From positions 65,720,001-65,784,000 of the forward strand of contig CM060732.1 in NCBI GenBank assembly GCA_030704615.1: a DNA stretch of 64,000 bases. Direction: 5' to 3'. How positions within the stretch are numbered: position 1 is the first letter of the stretch; every line of letters begins with the position of its first letter. The DNA is from Takakia lepidozioides (taxonomy: Eukaryota > Plantae > Bryophyta). Below, piece by piece: positions 49,481 to 61,592 of this stretch. Below the pieces are notes generated by a model. That model had not been told where the DNA came from and made no database searches. It saw only the letters and a list, made by a program, of their open reading frames with translations. Both the position numbers and the translations under genes were made by a program.

Positions 49481-51735
49481 GTAGATGAGTAGGCAGAGAT
49501 TGAAACACGGCCTGCTATGACCAAGCTAATTCTCCCAAGAACGGCAAGCTCGCAAGAATGTTGCGAGCTTCTCCTCGTCTCATCTCCTCGTCTCATCTCC
49601 TCTTCCTCTCCTCCTTCCTACATCATTTGCTCAACGCCTCCATCCCACGCCCCTGCATATCCTGCGATCATCGTGTTCCATCCCTCAGCTACATGCTGTG
49701 GCGCAGGGAGACAAAAAAAAACGCCAAGTCCCAGCCCTCCTCTGTGTTCACGATTACCCTAATGGGCAACCTTATTAGCAACTTTTTGACTTTTTAACCT
49801 TTTGCACTTTGATTCATTCTAGGTCAGAGGCTAAAGTCCTGCTACCAGACTTGTCTAGAAAACCAAAACACCACGTAGATAAACATTTGATAATGGCAAT
49901 AAAATATATTACCATTGGGCTGGTTTGAACACTTGTTAGTAAATTTAGGTTAGGATTTTTAGGTTAGGATTTTTTCGAAATATTCTGGTTTTTTCCTTGA
50001 TGTGTGAGATGACAAAGTCCAAGCATGTCACATAAACAAGGAGTTCAACGTAAGGATGATGCAAGTGATTTGTGGCAAAAAGTATAAATCATGCCTATGC
50101 CTATTTGTCCTAGTTGTGTCATAGGTTGCAACGGAACGGGGCCACCTTTGAATGCGATCCCCATGCTCATTTCACCAAGGGCATTATAGACTTCATAATG
50201 GAGAGATTGAAAATGGGGTGTATTCTTCACTTGCTAGTAGCTCATCGTGCAGATTTCTAAACATGAACATGAAGTTCATAATCATTTTCCAAGGGCATCA
50301 TTCTCAAACTCCCCATACACCACAATCAGTGGAAATAATTGTATGTTCCCATTTCACACAGGTGTGTAACATGCCATGTAAACTAAGCCAACCCCTGCCA
50401 CGCTCATGGCTGTTTTCACACCGTTCTTGCTTGGGGTGTGGACCACATGTGAGACACCCCACAGTTAGGGCATATTTAGACCCACACCTTGGCTCAGTGT
50501 ATAGACCTGTGATAAAAGCCGTGGAATGTGCCAGGTGTGAGATGGCAGAGCCGTGGAAAAAGCCGGTTTCTCTTCTAGTGGTGGCTCTTAGTTACGCCGG
50601 TTTTGGCCGAAGTCTTCTCTCTGCAGAGGGCCAAAGGAAAGAAAAGATGATTGTGCCAGTCTAGGAGCCCTGGAAAAAGGTATATAGGTCCATGTTGACA
50701 TAGCGGAAGCTGGAATTGCACCATATATCATTCTGGTGACTGCCCTTGTCAATATGTATCACTAATACAGAAACCGGTTTTTTTAACGGCTCTTCTCACA
50801 CATTTTGGTGTGAAAAGAGCCCAAGTTCACACCCCCCCTTGGTGTTTGGTTAACCTAGTCCTTTGCACCATATGTGAACTTTCTTGGTCCTTTGAAAAAA
50901 ACCATCTCACACCAAACTTGCACCTGATGTGGCAGTAGGTTTAGGTGGCTCTTTTGACGGATATTTTGACGGCCGTTTTGACTGGTTAGTTCAACTACTA
51001 TTTTGACTAAGTAATCTTAATGGTCTTTCTACGGTACTTATTACACCTCATTGCCACCATGTCTGCCACATGTATGTCAAAGGGAATGCCACGTAATAGA
51101 GTCCATCAGAATTATTAAATAAATAATAGATATTAAGGGCTCTTCTTACGGATTCTCTCACACAGATTTAACACCAGGTTCAAGTCGTGGTGTGATCGCA
51201 ATGACACTAGTGTGAATACTATCATATCCATTGTTTTGTTCCTATTGGACGAAAAGTAAACAATTATTATTTGTTGACAAATGCCAAAATGAATAGTCAT
51301 ATTATTATTATTATTATTATTCTTATTCTTATAATAAATGGGATAGCACCCCAAAAGCCATTGGCTGCTTGATTTAATATGTAATATATTATTATTTTAG
51401 AATTATTATTTGTTTTGTTTCAATTAAACAAAAGCTTATTTAAAACAGGGATAATAATTGTATTATTAACCACATTGACCAATAGTAATGTTATTAATAT
51501 TAAATATAGCAAACAACCAGCAAAATACCACATTCATGTCTACACAAGAAAAATTTGGCTTGATGTGGGAAAATGAAGTTGCCCTTGAACAAGGGGATCT
51601 TGTGATCATACATGAGAATAGCAAGAGCATCAATTCAAAAAATATTGTTCATGTGAGAAGAGCTGTTTTGTTCACCTGTCTCAGCAACCCTCAATCCATA
51701 AAGAAAACTAAACTAAACTTGTAGCACCTTCAATA

Positions 51736-51987
51736 TCACGCGTGTTTAAGAAACTTTTCAGACCATAAGGTGGAACTTCCCTGCGTGTCACCCAATGTGG
51801 TATAATTAGGGGTAACAGAGTAGTCCGGGTACGGCAACACAACCTCTGAAATCATGACCGATTTCACATGGATACGGTAATAGTTGTCTGGCACATTTGC
51901 TTTCGGAAATCCAGCAATATATCCCACACCTGCCCTTCTTTTTGGTGCACAAGGATCAAACAATAACACCTTGTCGCCGATCTGAAA
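51736..51987 (-). CDS. Terminal exon of CACTA ORF2, TNP1/En/Spm (Transposase_23/DUF8039-like) domain
   Basis: KVLLFDP..VPDNYYRIHVKSV..LPYP..TTLGDTQGSSTLWSEK*; preceded by a TTGTTGCAG acceptor. Confidence 0.65.
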   Translation of the reverse strand, partial: FQIGDKVLLFDPCAPKRRAGVGYIAGFPKANVPDNYYRIHVKSVMISEVVLPYPDYSVTPNYTTLGDTQGSSTLWSEKFLKHA

Positions 51988-52332
51988 CTGCAACAAAAAC
52001 CAGATTCCTATATCAGAAATGAACCCTGGAGAACAGAGACTGACAGCTTGACACTCCTGCAAAATGACATTGAAGTTCTTCCAGCAAACACCCCAACCCT
52101 ACCTATTGCAGTACTTCCAATTCCAAATTGCATTTGCTTGTCTCTATACTACATGCTAACATGATCAAAGCTGGAACGGTGCCATACCTAGTTGGTAGCA
52201 GGTTATGCATGGTCAACATGGATGTGGTAGGACGATGTCACAAAACTACCTTTGTAGGTTGTTGGGCCTGCAGCTATGTGGCGATACATAGGAGGTGTAT
52301 TGATCCAGCATCAGACAAGGAAACAAAATTGC

Positions 52333-53750
52333 AGTAGGCTTCCTGCCCTGAGTTTAAATTTCAGTCTAGTGCCGAGAGTGGGTAGACCCTTGAGGTCATC
52401 CAAGATGTCCTCCCCCATGTCACGGACTGGAAACAAGTTCAGGGAAGTTTTCTGCCTAACTCATTTTCATCAGACAATCTCATGGCAACAGACATGGCTG
52501 AGGACACTACAGCCTCTAAGTCAGATTTATCCAGCAGGGTCAAGACTTGCGGATCCAGGTCCAGGTCCTTGAGGATCTCTTCTACTCTCTTCTGCCAGGA
52601 CTTAGCCTGTTTGACAGGGCGGTCCTGTTTCCAAGATATAGAGTCGATTAACTTAGGATATCTGGTGTTGGGCATATGTTGCAGCTGACCCCACCATCTG
52701 ACCTTGAATTCATCTCGTCGGGAGCTTAAGGACGGAATGCCAAACTCACCCCGAACAGCCACATTGGCTGTTTTGGAGCATGCTGACATACACTCCTTAA
52801 GCACCCCCACTTGAATTGATTCTAGAGACTTAGCCTGGTTGGAGTTATCAACCCATATAGCAAATCCGTACTCCAAGGCAGGTCTAATAACGCGACAAAG
52901 CATGGTTTTCTTAACCTCAGAGTTGACCCCTCTGCCAGTGGAAAAATTTAGTGAGCCCCAGAGCTTTGCCCTTGCCAGTTTGAACAACTTTCCGGATATG
53001 AGCATCCCAATTACAATTGGAGGAGAACTCAACGCCCAGGTAAGTGTAGGAAGGGAGGACCGGGATCTCTTGGCTACCCCACTGCCACTTAAGATCACTT
53101 CCTCCCTCTCCTCTGTCGTTGAATGCTACCACTGCACATTTGCTGACATTAGCCTCTAGCCCCCAAAAGTGGCTCCACAAGGGGTGGTGGTAGCTTTACG
53201 GAACTTAGTTGGGGTGGCATAGGACTCACCATGGGGGCGGAGACCTCGTGGTGGGAGTCGTGGGGAGTCTTGGGACTCATCACGGTCCATAGGGGCCGTG
53301 GTGAGTGGGCCAAGACTCACCGCGACAGCTTGCAAACTGTGGTAAGAAGTGTAATGCTACGGTAGTTCCTAGGCTGTCATCTGTCACCTCAGATTGACAC
53401 TGACACCCTCTCTCCAGCGAAAGGGTATCATTTCAGTCTTCCAAATAAGGTCCCAGAGGAGTGCAAGGGCATCTACCATATGATCACACCAGGCTTCACA
53501 ATCGTATCAGACACACCAACTTTATAGCCCTTTAGATGTTCTATTGCTTCAACAATCTCAGAAGAACTAATGGGCACGTTGTACCCCTTTGTGATGCACT
53601 CCAGTTTTTCAGGGTTGTCTTGGATTGTAGACAGTCATTTCCACTGTACCCTTCCATTCTTTAGAAGACTCCTCACTGTTTATAGGTAGGTCTGACTGAT
53701 AGGGTCTTCTTGCATAGGCCTTTGGGCTTTGCTTACCCACTAGGTTTGCC
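52333..53750 (-). mobile_element. LINE copy B (RT remnants, internal deletion replaced by another repeat at ~53180-53325)
   Basis: PISSSEIVEAIEHLK, NYRSITLL, EANVSKC, SYTYLGVEF, RPALEYG, AVRGEFG. Confidence 0.85.
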
Positions 53751-53806
53751 ATCCCTAGTAGTATGGTGGTATTGTTTCTCATGTTTATGTTGAGCAATGT
53801 GTGCAG

Positions 53807-56800
53807 AGTTCAATAAAAAAAAGGAAGGGAATTGCAAGGAAGGATGCGAACGAGCATAAGTCTCTTACTCTAGCAAAATGTGCACCAACTATTGCGCCAA
53901 CTGCTGTGATGAGTGGCGCGGTTGTTCCAACTTACAAAAATCCAGCCCTGCCCACTCCACAGACTGACGTTCCAGCTCCCTTGTATCCACCAGTATCGGC
54001 TCCTCCCTCGTATCCGCTTATGTACCCGCAGTATCCTGCCATGTCAGGGTATAATCTGCATGGGCACATGCCGTATCCTCACTATCAACCTCCAAACAAT
54101 GATCCTCAGTGCCAGAATTACAATTCTTTTGCTCCACCTGCAGGCGCTCCAATGCATGATCCTAGTCAAGGTGGGTATTCCATTTACCACCATTATGGAA
54201 TGCATCCCCATAGTATGTATCCTCCTCGGCCTATGTACAACCAACCTACTTCCTCCCTCTATCCTTCCAGCCCTGCAAGACCACACCAGGGGCAGGTCCA
54301 GTATGGTGGCCACCAACCTTCAGGATCCAACTACAGTGGAGTACAACAGCCGACACCTTCGAGCTTCACTGCACCGCGGCCACCTCTTTATCCAACATTT
54401 CCAGGTACACCTAATACCCTGAAAGGGAAAGGCATTCTGAAACAGACTGAGGATGCATTTGCTCCGTATCATCCTGTGGGGTGGGAGACAACAGTCCAGC
54501 CCCAACAGAGTGAAGGTGGTAACATGCAAGGTACTGCTGAAACCTTGCAGGATTTCAGCCTTACTCCTGGGGGGACATCAGGTGTGACTCCTATAGAACG
54601 CAAAAATGCTTTAAGGAGGGAAAGAAGGGCACTTGCAAAAGATCTGAGAGACCACGCTGCTCAGAATGTGGCTGTAGGGAGGAGGAAATTTTTCATTTCT
54701 TGTGATGAACTTGGAAACCCTGAAGGTCCTGCTCGGAACCAGTGGATGACAGCTCTGCGAGGGCAGTGTCAATGTTTGTTGGACTGGTCATTGTATGCTC
54801 AGGATCAACCATTACACTTAATTGAAAAGATCATGGAGATCTTGGCTTCAGATTGGGAATACGGACCTCCTGGTCTTAACATAAAGGCTATTACAAAAAC
54901 AATTTGCGGGAAGCTCAAGTACCAACGAAATAAGCTGTTCAAAAATTACTATAGTGTGGGGCTGCCCAAACCCCACCATGTGCCAGACAAGACATGGGCA
55001 CAACTAGTTGTTAGTTGGGGTTCCACTGATTTCAAGAAATTCCAGGCAAATGGTGTCAAGGCGCGGGGATGTGTGAAGAATACATCTCGATCGGGTCGCA
55101 GTGGAATCAACGGTGTTGTAGCACGACTGGTATACTTCTCTTACAACATAGGAAGTTCCCACATTGTTTTGCATTGACAAACTTTATGTGTTGGGTTTTT
55201 TTGGATGGAGCTCAGAGTCTATTCCTATATGGATGGAATTAGTACACATTGCTACTACTTGGGGGCCTTCTCAGAGTTGGGCGCCAGCAAGAAACTAAGC
55301 ACTCTTATTGAGGGGAGTCATTGATGCTATCCTAGATAATTCTTTACTGTTGGCAGTGTGCTATGCTAGTCATTTACACTTGCAAGTTTGTTGCAATCAC
55401 AGGAGAAGGAGACTGGACGTACACCAAGTTTGCAGGAGATCGCCGGTAGAGCCAGGAGTGACAAAGGCTACGGGTCGGGGTGTACAGGCAGTGCAGCCAC
55501 AACGGTATATAAACTCAGTACCAATTCTGGTGTGAATTACATATTCGTGATTTCCATGCCATTGCTAGTTGCCGTTTGGTTCTCTTTTCTTACTAGTTCA
55601 TCAGTCAGTGTAGTGAATTGTTACTTTGGAGGTGTTCTATGTGATGGGGCAGGGAATTGGTTCACTAGCAGCTCGCCTCGATGCTATGGAAAACAAACAA
55701 GTGCAGATGGAAGCCAGCTCCAAGGCAGCTTTGGAAGCAGTCCAAGTCCAACTGGAGGCAGCAGCTGCATTCAACATTGCGCTCGCAGCTAAACTTGGCA
55801 TGAATGTGCCAGATTCACAGCCTACAGGTCCACCATGCACCACCTTTGCGCCACAGACAACAAATGAGACTATTTCTCATGTTATGGGCTCACCACTCAA
55901 CCTGTTCAAGGCAGTTTCTTCACCGCCACCAAAGCCAAACACAATAGGCTCATTGTTTGGGCTTTCAGAAATGGAGGGGGATGATGACATGGAGGGTTGG
56001 TCTGAATTAGGTGAACTCAATCCATCCCCCCATATTGTTGAGGCAACTGCAAAGTGTTCATCAGTTTTGTTGTCCCCTACACCTGTAGCACTGCCGGCAT
56101 ATGTACTACCCTCTCAATATGCCTGTGAGGTCTCCATGAATTTGCAGAGTGCCCCACAGAAATATGTGTCTTTTGTACATGATAATCATGTACAAGTTGT
56201 AGGTAATTGCCCTTCGGCAACTGAGAGGCAGAAACACATCCTTATACTTGACTTGAATGGATTGTTATGTGAGAGCAGACTACGAACAAGGGAATACCTA
56301 GAGCCCACTGTCACCTCCAGACCTGGGTGTCAGGAGTTTCTGGACCGATGCCTTCAGATTTTTGATGTAGGTGTATGGTCTTCCATGTCATTGAGTAATG
56401 TCCTTCCAGTTGTGAAAGCTTTGTTTCGTGGGAAGCAACCAAAGATGGTGCTTCACCAAGACTATTGTGACCAGCCTGTGGGAATGGTGGACCCTTTCAA
56501 TCCTTCTAAAACTGTCATGTACAAGAACTTATGTAAGTTTTGGAAGGACTATAGCCATTACAATCCAACCAATACTTTGCTGGTGGACGATTCCCCACTC
56601 ACTTGCTTACCCAACCCTGCAAATAATTGCATCTTCCCGTATCCATGGAAGTTGAGGGATCAGCCAAACTGCAAGAGGCTTATGAAAGAATTACTGCCTT
56701 GGTTAGAGGGTGTATCCAAGGCTGCACACATCCCTGAGTATGTGTCAGGGCACCCATACAGATATGGGCAGCCCAACTACTTGTTCAATACTGCAGCCAT

Positions 56801-57067
56801 GGGTAGTGGATCACAACAATCTGCAAAGGCATCCGAACCAGGGCTTCCTGCTACCAGAGTTCCAACGACTTTGCCTCCCGATGCAACAACAAAGCATAAT
56901 CAAAGAAAGGTGAGAGCAAAAGTTTCAATGCTTGGGCGCGTGGGTGGATTTGTATTGTTAATGCTACTTCACAATGTGTGTCATTCGTGCTATTCTCATT
57001 TTTTGATCGTTGTGTCATTCAATATACAGATGGTGAAACTAGTGAAGCTGTCGCGCACCTCACTTCG
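53807..57067 (+). CDS. Central exons of CACTA ORF2: Pro/Tyr-rich region + Ptta/En/Spm (Transposase_24-like) domain + FCP1/NIF HAD-phosphatase-like domain; exons 53807-55129, 55403-55504, 55653-56909, 57030-57067(?)
   Basis: KPHHVPDKTWAQLVVSWGS..KARG..SGRSG|EKETGRTPS; ILILDLNGLL, RPGCQEFL, VGVWSS, YKNL, TLLVDDSP; phase-0 GT-AG junctions. Confidence 0.8.
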
Positions 57068-57635
57068 GTAAGCTCCCCTTCAAGTCATAGTTACTTGCTT
57101 TGATGCGCGCGCCTGACTCCCAACCTGGCCGCCGGGCCAACTTGGAGCTTCGGCTGCTCACCGGGACATAACGGTCCCCCTTCGCTCCCCCACTAAACCC
57201 TCCACCTATTTGGGCCTAGTGGAATTCCCTTTGGTAGATGGCAGTCCGGAACAGCTCCCCACTCTTTGGTCGCTTTCCGGCTCGCTCGCTTACTCACTAG
57301 TTTTTGGTCACCAACGGGCTTGCACCGTTCTCCGGGTCACTACTCCCCTTATATATACTTCTGTAGCTGTCCGCGGGGGTTTCACAACCAGCCATGCCAT
57401 TTTATGGCGAACCACCACGAAAACCCTCGACTCCCGTAAGCACCCATCTTGAGGTTGATTTGGAGTCTGGAAGTGTTTTCCATGAAGGTGAGGCAGGCTT
57501 CCTGGGGGCTGTGTCAACCATGTCCCTGAGCTGGCCTATTCAAGGAAGGAAAAAAGAAAGAAACCTCTAAGGAAACCTCTGTCCTAGAACGACACCTTCC
57601 TTCTACAAAGGTTTCCTTCCTTGACATCTTATGGT

Positions 57636-58758
57636 GCACGCGCTGACATGCTCTCTTTGAGCACCAAAAGCTGAATGGATTCTAAAGTTTTAGCATGATT
57701 GGAGTTGGCCAACCCACACGGCAGATGTGTACTCCAAGGCCTGATAAGGCCTGATCTCTTCATAAGTGCTGGTATGGCGGCATCACCCACCTGTAACCCA
57801 AATATCTTGCTTTCCTAATTTTTAAGGGGCTGATAAACGAAAACATTGAAGAGTAGCGGGGAGAGGGTACAACCTTGAGCTACACCTTGGTCAATGTCAA
57901 AGAAATTAGACTTCTCGCTATTGACCACAACACAAGCTTTGGTGTTCGCATGCAGGTTGTGAACCATCCTCCATATCTTTCCCCTGACCCCAGAAGCTGT
58001 AGAACAACTGACGTGGCTGCTCAGGGCGAGTTTGGAACATGATGAGTTCAAGGTCAGATGGTACAGTCAGCTGAATCGCATGCCTCATACCAGCGACCCT
58101 ATGATAAATGAATATTAGGAAGGAAGAACTCACCCTGCTAGATGAATCTGACGTGGAGGCTAAAGTGTCTAAGGCCATGTCAAAAGCATGAAGAATGTGC
58201 GAACAAAACAATGTTAGGCATAAACTTCCCTGAACTCGTTTCCAGTTTGTGACATGGGTGAGGACTTTGAGGATGATCTGAAGGGCAGACCTACCCTTGG
58301 CACTAGACTGAAAATTTTACCTCAGGATGAGGAGTCTACCTTTGAACAATAAACAGATGCAGAGAGGAAAGGGAGATTGTCAATGCTCACTGGTGTGGGT
58401 GGCCTGAAGACAATGTCCATTTTCTGATACAAGTCCGGGGTATTCTCATCAGAGAGCGACCCTCTTCAGGACCATCAAGAACATAGTCCCTGCACCTCTG
58501 TTCACCAACTTTCAATATCTCAAGGCTGAGTCTAAAGCGGTGGCCTTGTTGGGGTCTCATTGCTTGGTAGCCCACATACAACATATTGATGCTTGTGTGA
58601 AGGGCTTTCTAAGAGGAATCTGGAAAGCCTGAACTAATGTTTATAACACGGTAAGTCCTACTACTGGAGTGAGCCCCTCATGTCTATTCCCTCTTGTTCT
58701 GCTGGGCACGGGCAAGGTCTGTGGCCACAAGGCTATGATAAGCAACTTCTCAGGAGTG

Positions 58759-58790
<32 letters not shown>
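57636..58790 (+). mobile_element. LINE copy C, 5'-inverted, ending in (CT)n
   Basis: 57636-57996 encodes RT (QGVAQGCTLSPLLF..ESIQ..SMSA) on the minus strand; 58000-58760 continues the protein on the plus strand to ..GIWKA; (CT)n at 58761-58790. Confidence 0.82.
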
Positions 58791-58793
<3 letters not shown>

Positions 58794-60442
58794 AGTCTCG
58801 AGGACGAAGGACCTCTTTGTGGGTTGTGTTTACATGCCCACAGAGGGGACGCTTTGTGCTGATGCAGACAAAGCCTTCGAAGATGTAAAGCTGGACTGTG
58901 CTTCGTTCCTTGCCAAAGGTCAGGTGGTGCTATTGGGTGACTTCAATGCCCGGTGGGCAAAGGGCTCCATCAGGACGATATCATTGGACCTTTTGGTGAG
59001 GACGAACTGAATTCTAATGGCAGACGGTTAATTAACTGTCTAGAAGATCTTCAGCTTTTGACCTTGAATAACAGGACAAGAGGTGACCAAGTGCAGTGGA
59101 CTCATGAGAAATCCCAAACTGGGGAACGTTCCATTGTGGATTATATCATAATGGACAAAAATTTGTTCCCCCAGTGTGCCAATGTGTTGATCGACAGAAC
59201 TGATATTGGTACCTCTGACCATTTCCTGGTTTGGAATGAGATCAAAAGGTGTTTTCCCAACACCAAGAGATATGTGAAACATTCGATTCGGAAGTGGCGC
59301 ATAGAAAAACTCCATAATGAGGAGGTCAAGGCTGAGTATGTCCAGCCCTTGCAAGAGGGTCTCCCTCATTTTGTCCAATCGCTCCAAGAACTTCAGTCTC
59401 ACTCTGATAATGCAAGAAATGAAGTCGAAAGAGCAGGGGACTCTTGGGAGAGTTTCGTTTCCTCCGTGGTTGACAAGATCATTGGGATGAAACTAATTGT
59501 CTATGGTAGAGCTGTTAATTGGTGGACCAATGAGATTAAACTCAAGATAGCTGAGAGACGAGCCCTCTATAAAGAGTGCTGCAATTTGGAAACCAACAGA
59601 GAATTGTGGGCGAGGTACTACCAGCTCCGTAAAGATATCAAACAGCTTGTTAGGTCTCAGAAGAAATTATACTGGGACAAGTTATACAGTGAAATAAACT
59701 CAAACCACCATGGTGGTAATGACAAGAAATTCTGGTTGGCCCTTCAACATTTGTACAAGCCGAAAAACGGTCAGCAAGTACAAGCGCTAAAGACTACTAA
59801 AGGTGCAGTGGTGACTTCATCGGTTGACATTGTCAAAACCTTTGAAACTCACTACAGTATCCTTGGCATAACTTCTAGGTCTAACAGTGAGGTGTCTTCT
59901 ACTGAATGGAGGGACACAGTTGGAAAACCTGTTCCTATGATGCAAAACAGCCCTGATGAACTGGAGTATATTTCAATGGCTTATAACGCTCCCATTAGTC
60001 TTTCTGAGATTGTGGAAGCAATTGAACATTTAAATGGATATAAAGCTGGTGGACCTGATGGTATTGTCAACGAGCTTATCAAGCACGGTGGCGATCCCAT
60101 GCGGGTTGTCAACATAAATCAGGCGTTGGCAGAGACGGTTCAATCCATCAACTTCAAGACAGAATTCAATCCCTACTTCTCCTCTTTAACCTGATCTAGA
60201 AGACTGAAACGATCCCCTTTCGCTGGTGACAGGGCGTCATTGTCAATCTATACAAGAAGGATTTCTAGAGGATATCTGGAAAACCCAAATTAATTCTATA
60301 TATGAAGGTAAGTCTTACTACCAACGTCAGCCCCTGACAGAGGTAGGTTCTGTCCATTTTGTTCCCGCTCAAACTGGGCGCGGGGTCAATGTCCACAAGG
60401 CTACGGAAAAAAACATCTTATGAGTACAATCTCTCTCTCTCT
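58791..60442 (+). mobile_element. LINE copy A (APE + linker + RT start, large internal deletion, 3' end with (CT)n); RTEX/L2-like
   Basis: CVYMP, LLGDFNA, NSNGRRL, SIVDYI, SDHFLV, KAGGPDGI; jumps to the C-terminal GFLEDIWK and a 3' UTR similar to 58650-58760. Confidence 0.88.
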
Positions 60443-60970
60443 GATGAAAATGAAGTTAAACAAAGTGGCTTGTCACTACCGTTCATGTTCTTCTTCTTCT
60501 TGGTCCATGGATTGGTGTGAGACAATCACCAAATCAAAACCACTATTCTCAGTTTATGGGTTCAAGATGAAAAAGGAAAAAGAGGCAACATTTATATACC
60601 ATCATGAAGGAGAGTCAAGCATACCATAAGAGTACCAACACTCACATTGCTGAAAACAAAGGCACATGGTCCACAAGTTGAATTGGCAAAGAGATGTTGG
60701 AGGGTTTAGGGGTAAGGACTTCAAGTGCCTCTAGTGTTGCATTGTCTATCTGGCTTTGTTGAAGAAGAAGTATGACCCCCACAACTGTTGGCCTCATTAC
60801 AATCCAGACCAAGCCAGAAAGCAGGCAACTAGAGTTGACATTCCAGTGAGCCTTTTCCCACCCAAATTCATATGCAAGACTCATGCCCAACAACCTTGCT
60901 GCAATTGTTTCTTACCCTCACTGCCTTTTCATATGCATATGGAGACAGAACTTTGGTGCAGATCGCAAAC

Positions 60971-61563
60971 CTGCTGATGGGTTGGGGAGTTTGCAGGGTG
61001 CTTTGCGCACTTTGTCTTTGTTGGGGCTTCTTTCATCGTTTCCATCTCTGACTCCGAGCTGGTCTCATTGAAGTCTTCATGTGCGGCATAATCTTGGTCT
61101 CGCTGCAATTCTTGCTCTCGTGCCTCCTCTGTGTCTGACTCCGCTTGAACCTGCGCTTCCTCCTCTTGCTCTACCTCTTTCTCCCGTTGTGACATTGCAG
61201 AGTGCAGGAGTTGAACTCTGTGACTTCGGCGAGGAGGACCTGTGTGTTTGAGGATTTCCTCAACGAGGCGTTTAGGGCGACTCAAGCTCTCTTCGACGCT
61301 GCAAAGAAGAAGAAAGACAAAGTCAGCAGCTGCAAAACCCTAACATATCCTCTCTGCAGGTTTGGAGCTTTTAATGCGGTTTCATGGCTAGGGCTAGGTA
61401 GGGGATATGAAAAAAACCGAAGTTTGGACCTCTTTGCAATGTCGTAGATCTTCAGTTGTGTGAAGAATGCCTTGTTCTCCGCTTGACGCTTTGCTCGTTC
61501 TACCTCCCTCGCTGTAGGCTTGCGCCCTGGTGTAACTTCTGGACACTCTATTTGGGTCTCCAT
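60971..61563 (-). CDS. First two exons of CACTA ORF2 (61563-61430, 61298-60971), acidic/low-complexity N-terminus
   Basis: METQIECPEVTPGRKPTAREVERAKRQAENKAFFTQLKI..; a phase-2 intron joins the two ORFs in frame; ends at a phase-0 donor CAG|GTTTGC. Confidence 0.68.
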
Positions 61564-61592
61564 TTCCTGACGAGTCTCACTCACTCGCCAAG

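Larger units (their letters stand above)
45487..50580. mobile_element. Non-autonomous Pack-CACTA element carrying PPR gene fragments
   Basis: 31-bp perfect TIRs CACTAGAAGAGAAACCGGCTTTTTCCACGGC; 3-bp TSD GTG (45484-45486, 50581-50583); no transposase inside. Confidence 0.95.

Noticed and set aside
49945-49975. Telomeric repeat
   Set aside because: Only two degenerate TTTAGGTTAGG units, within CACTA internal sequence
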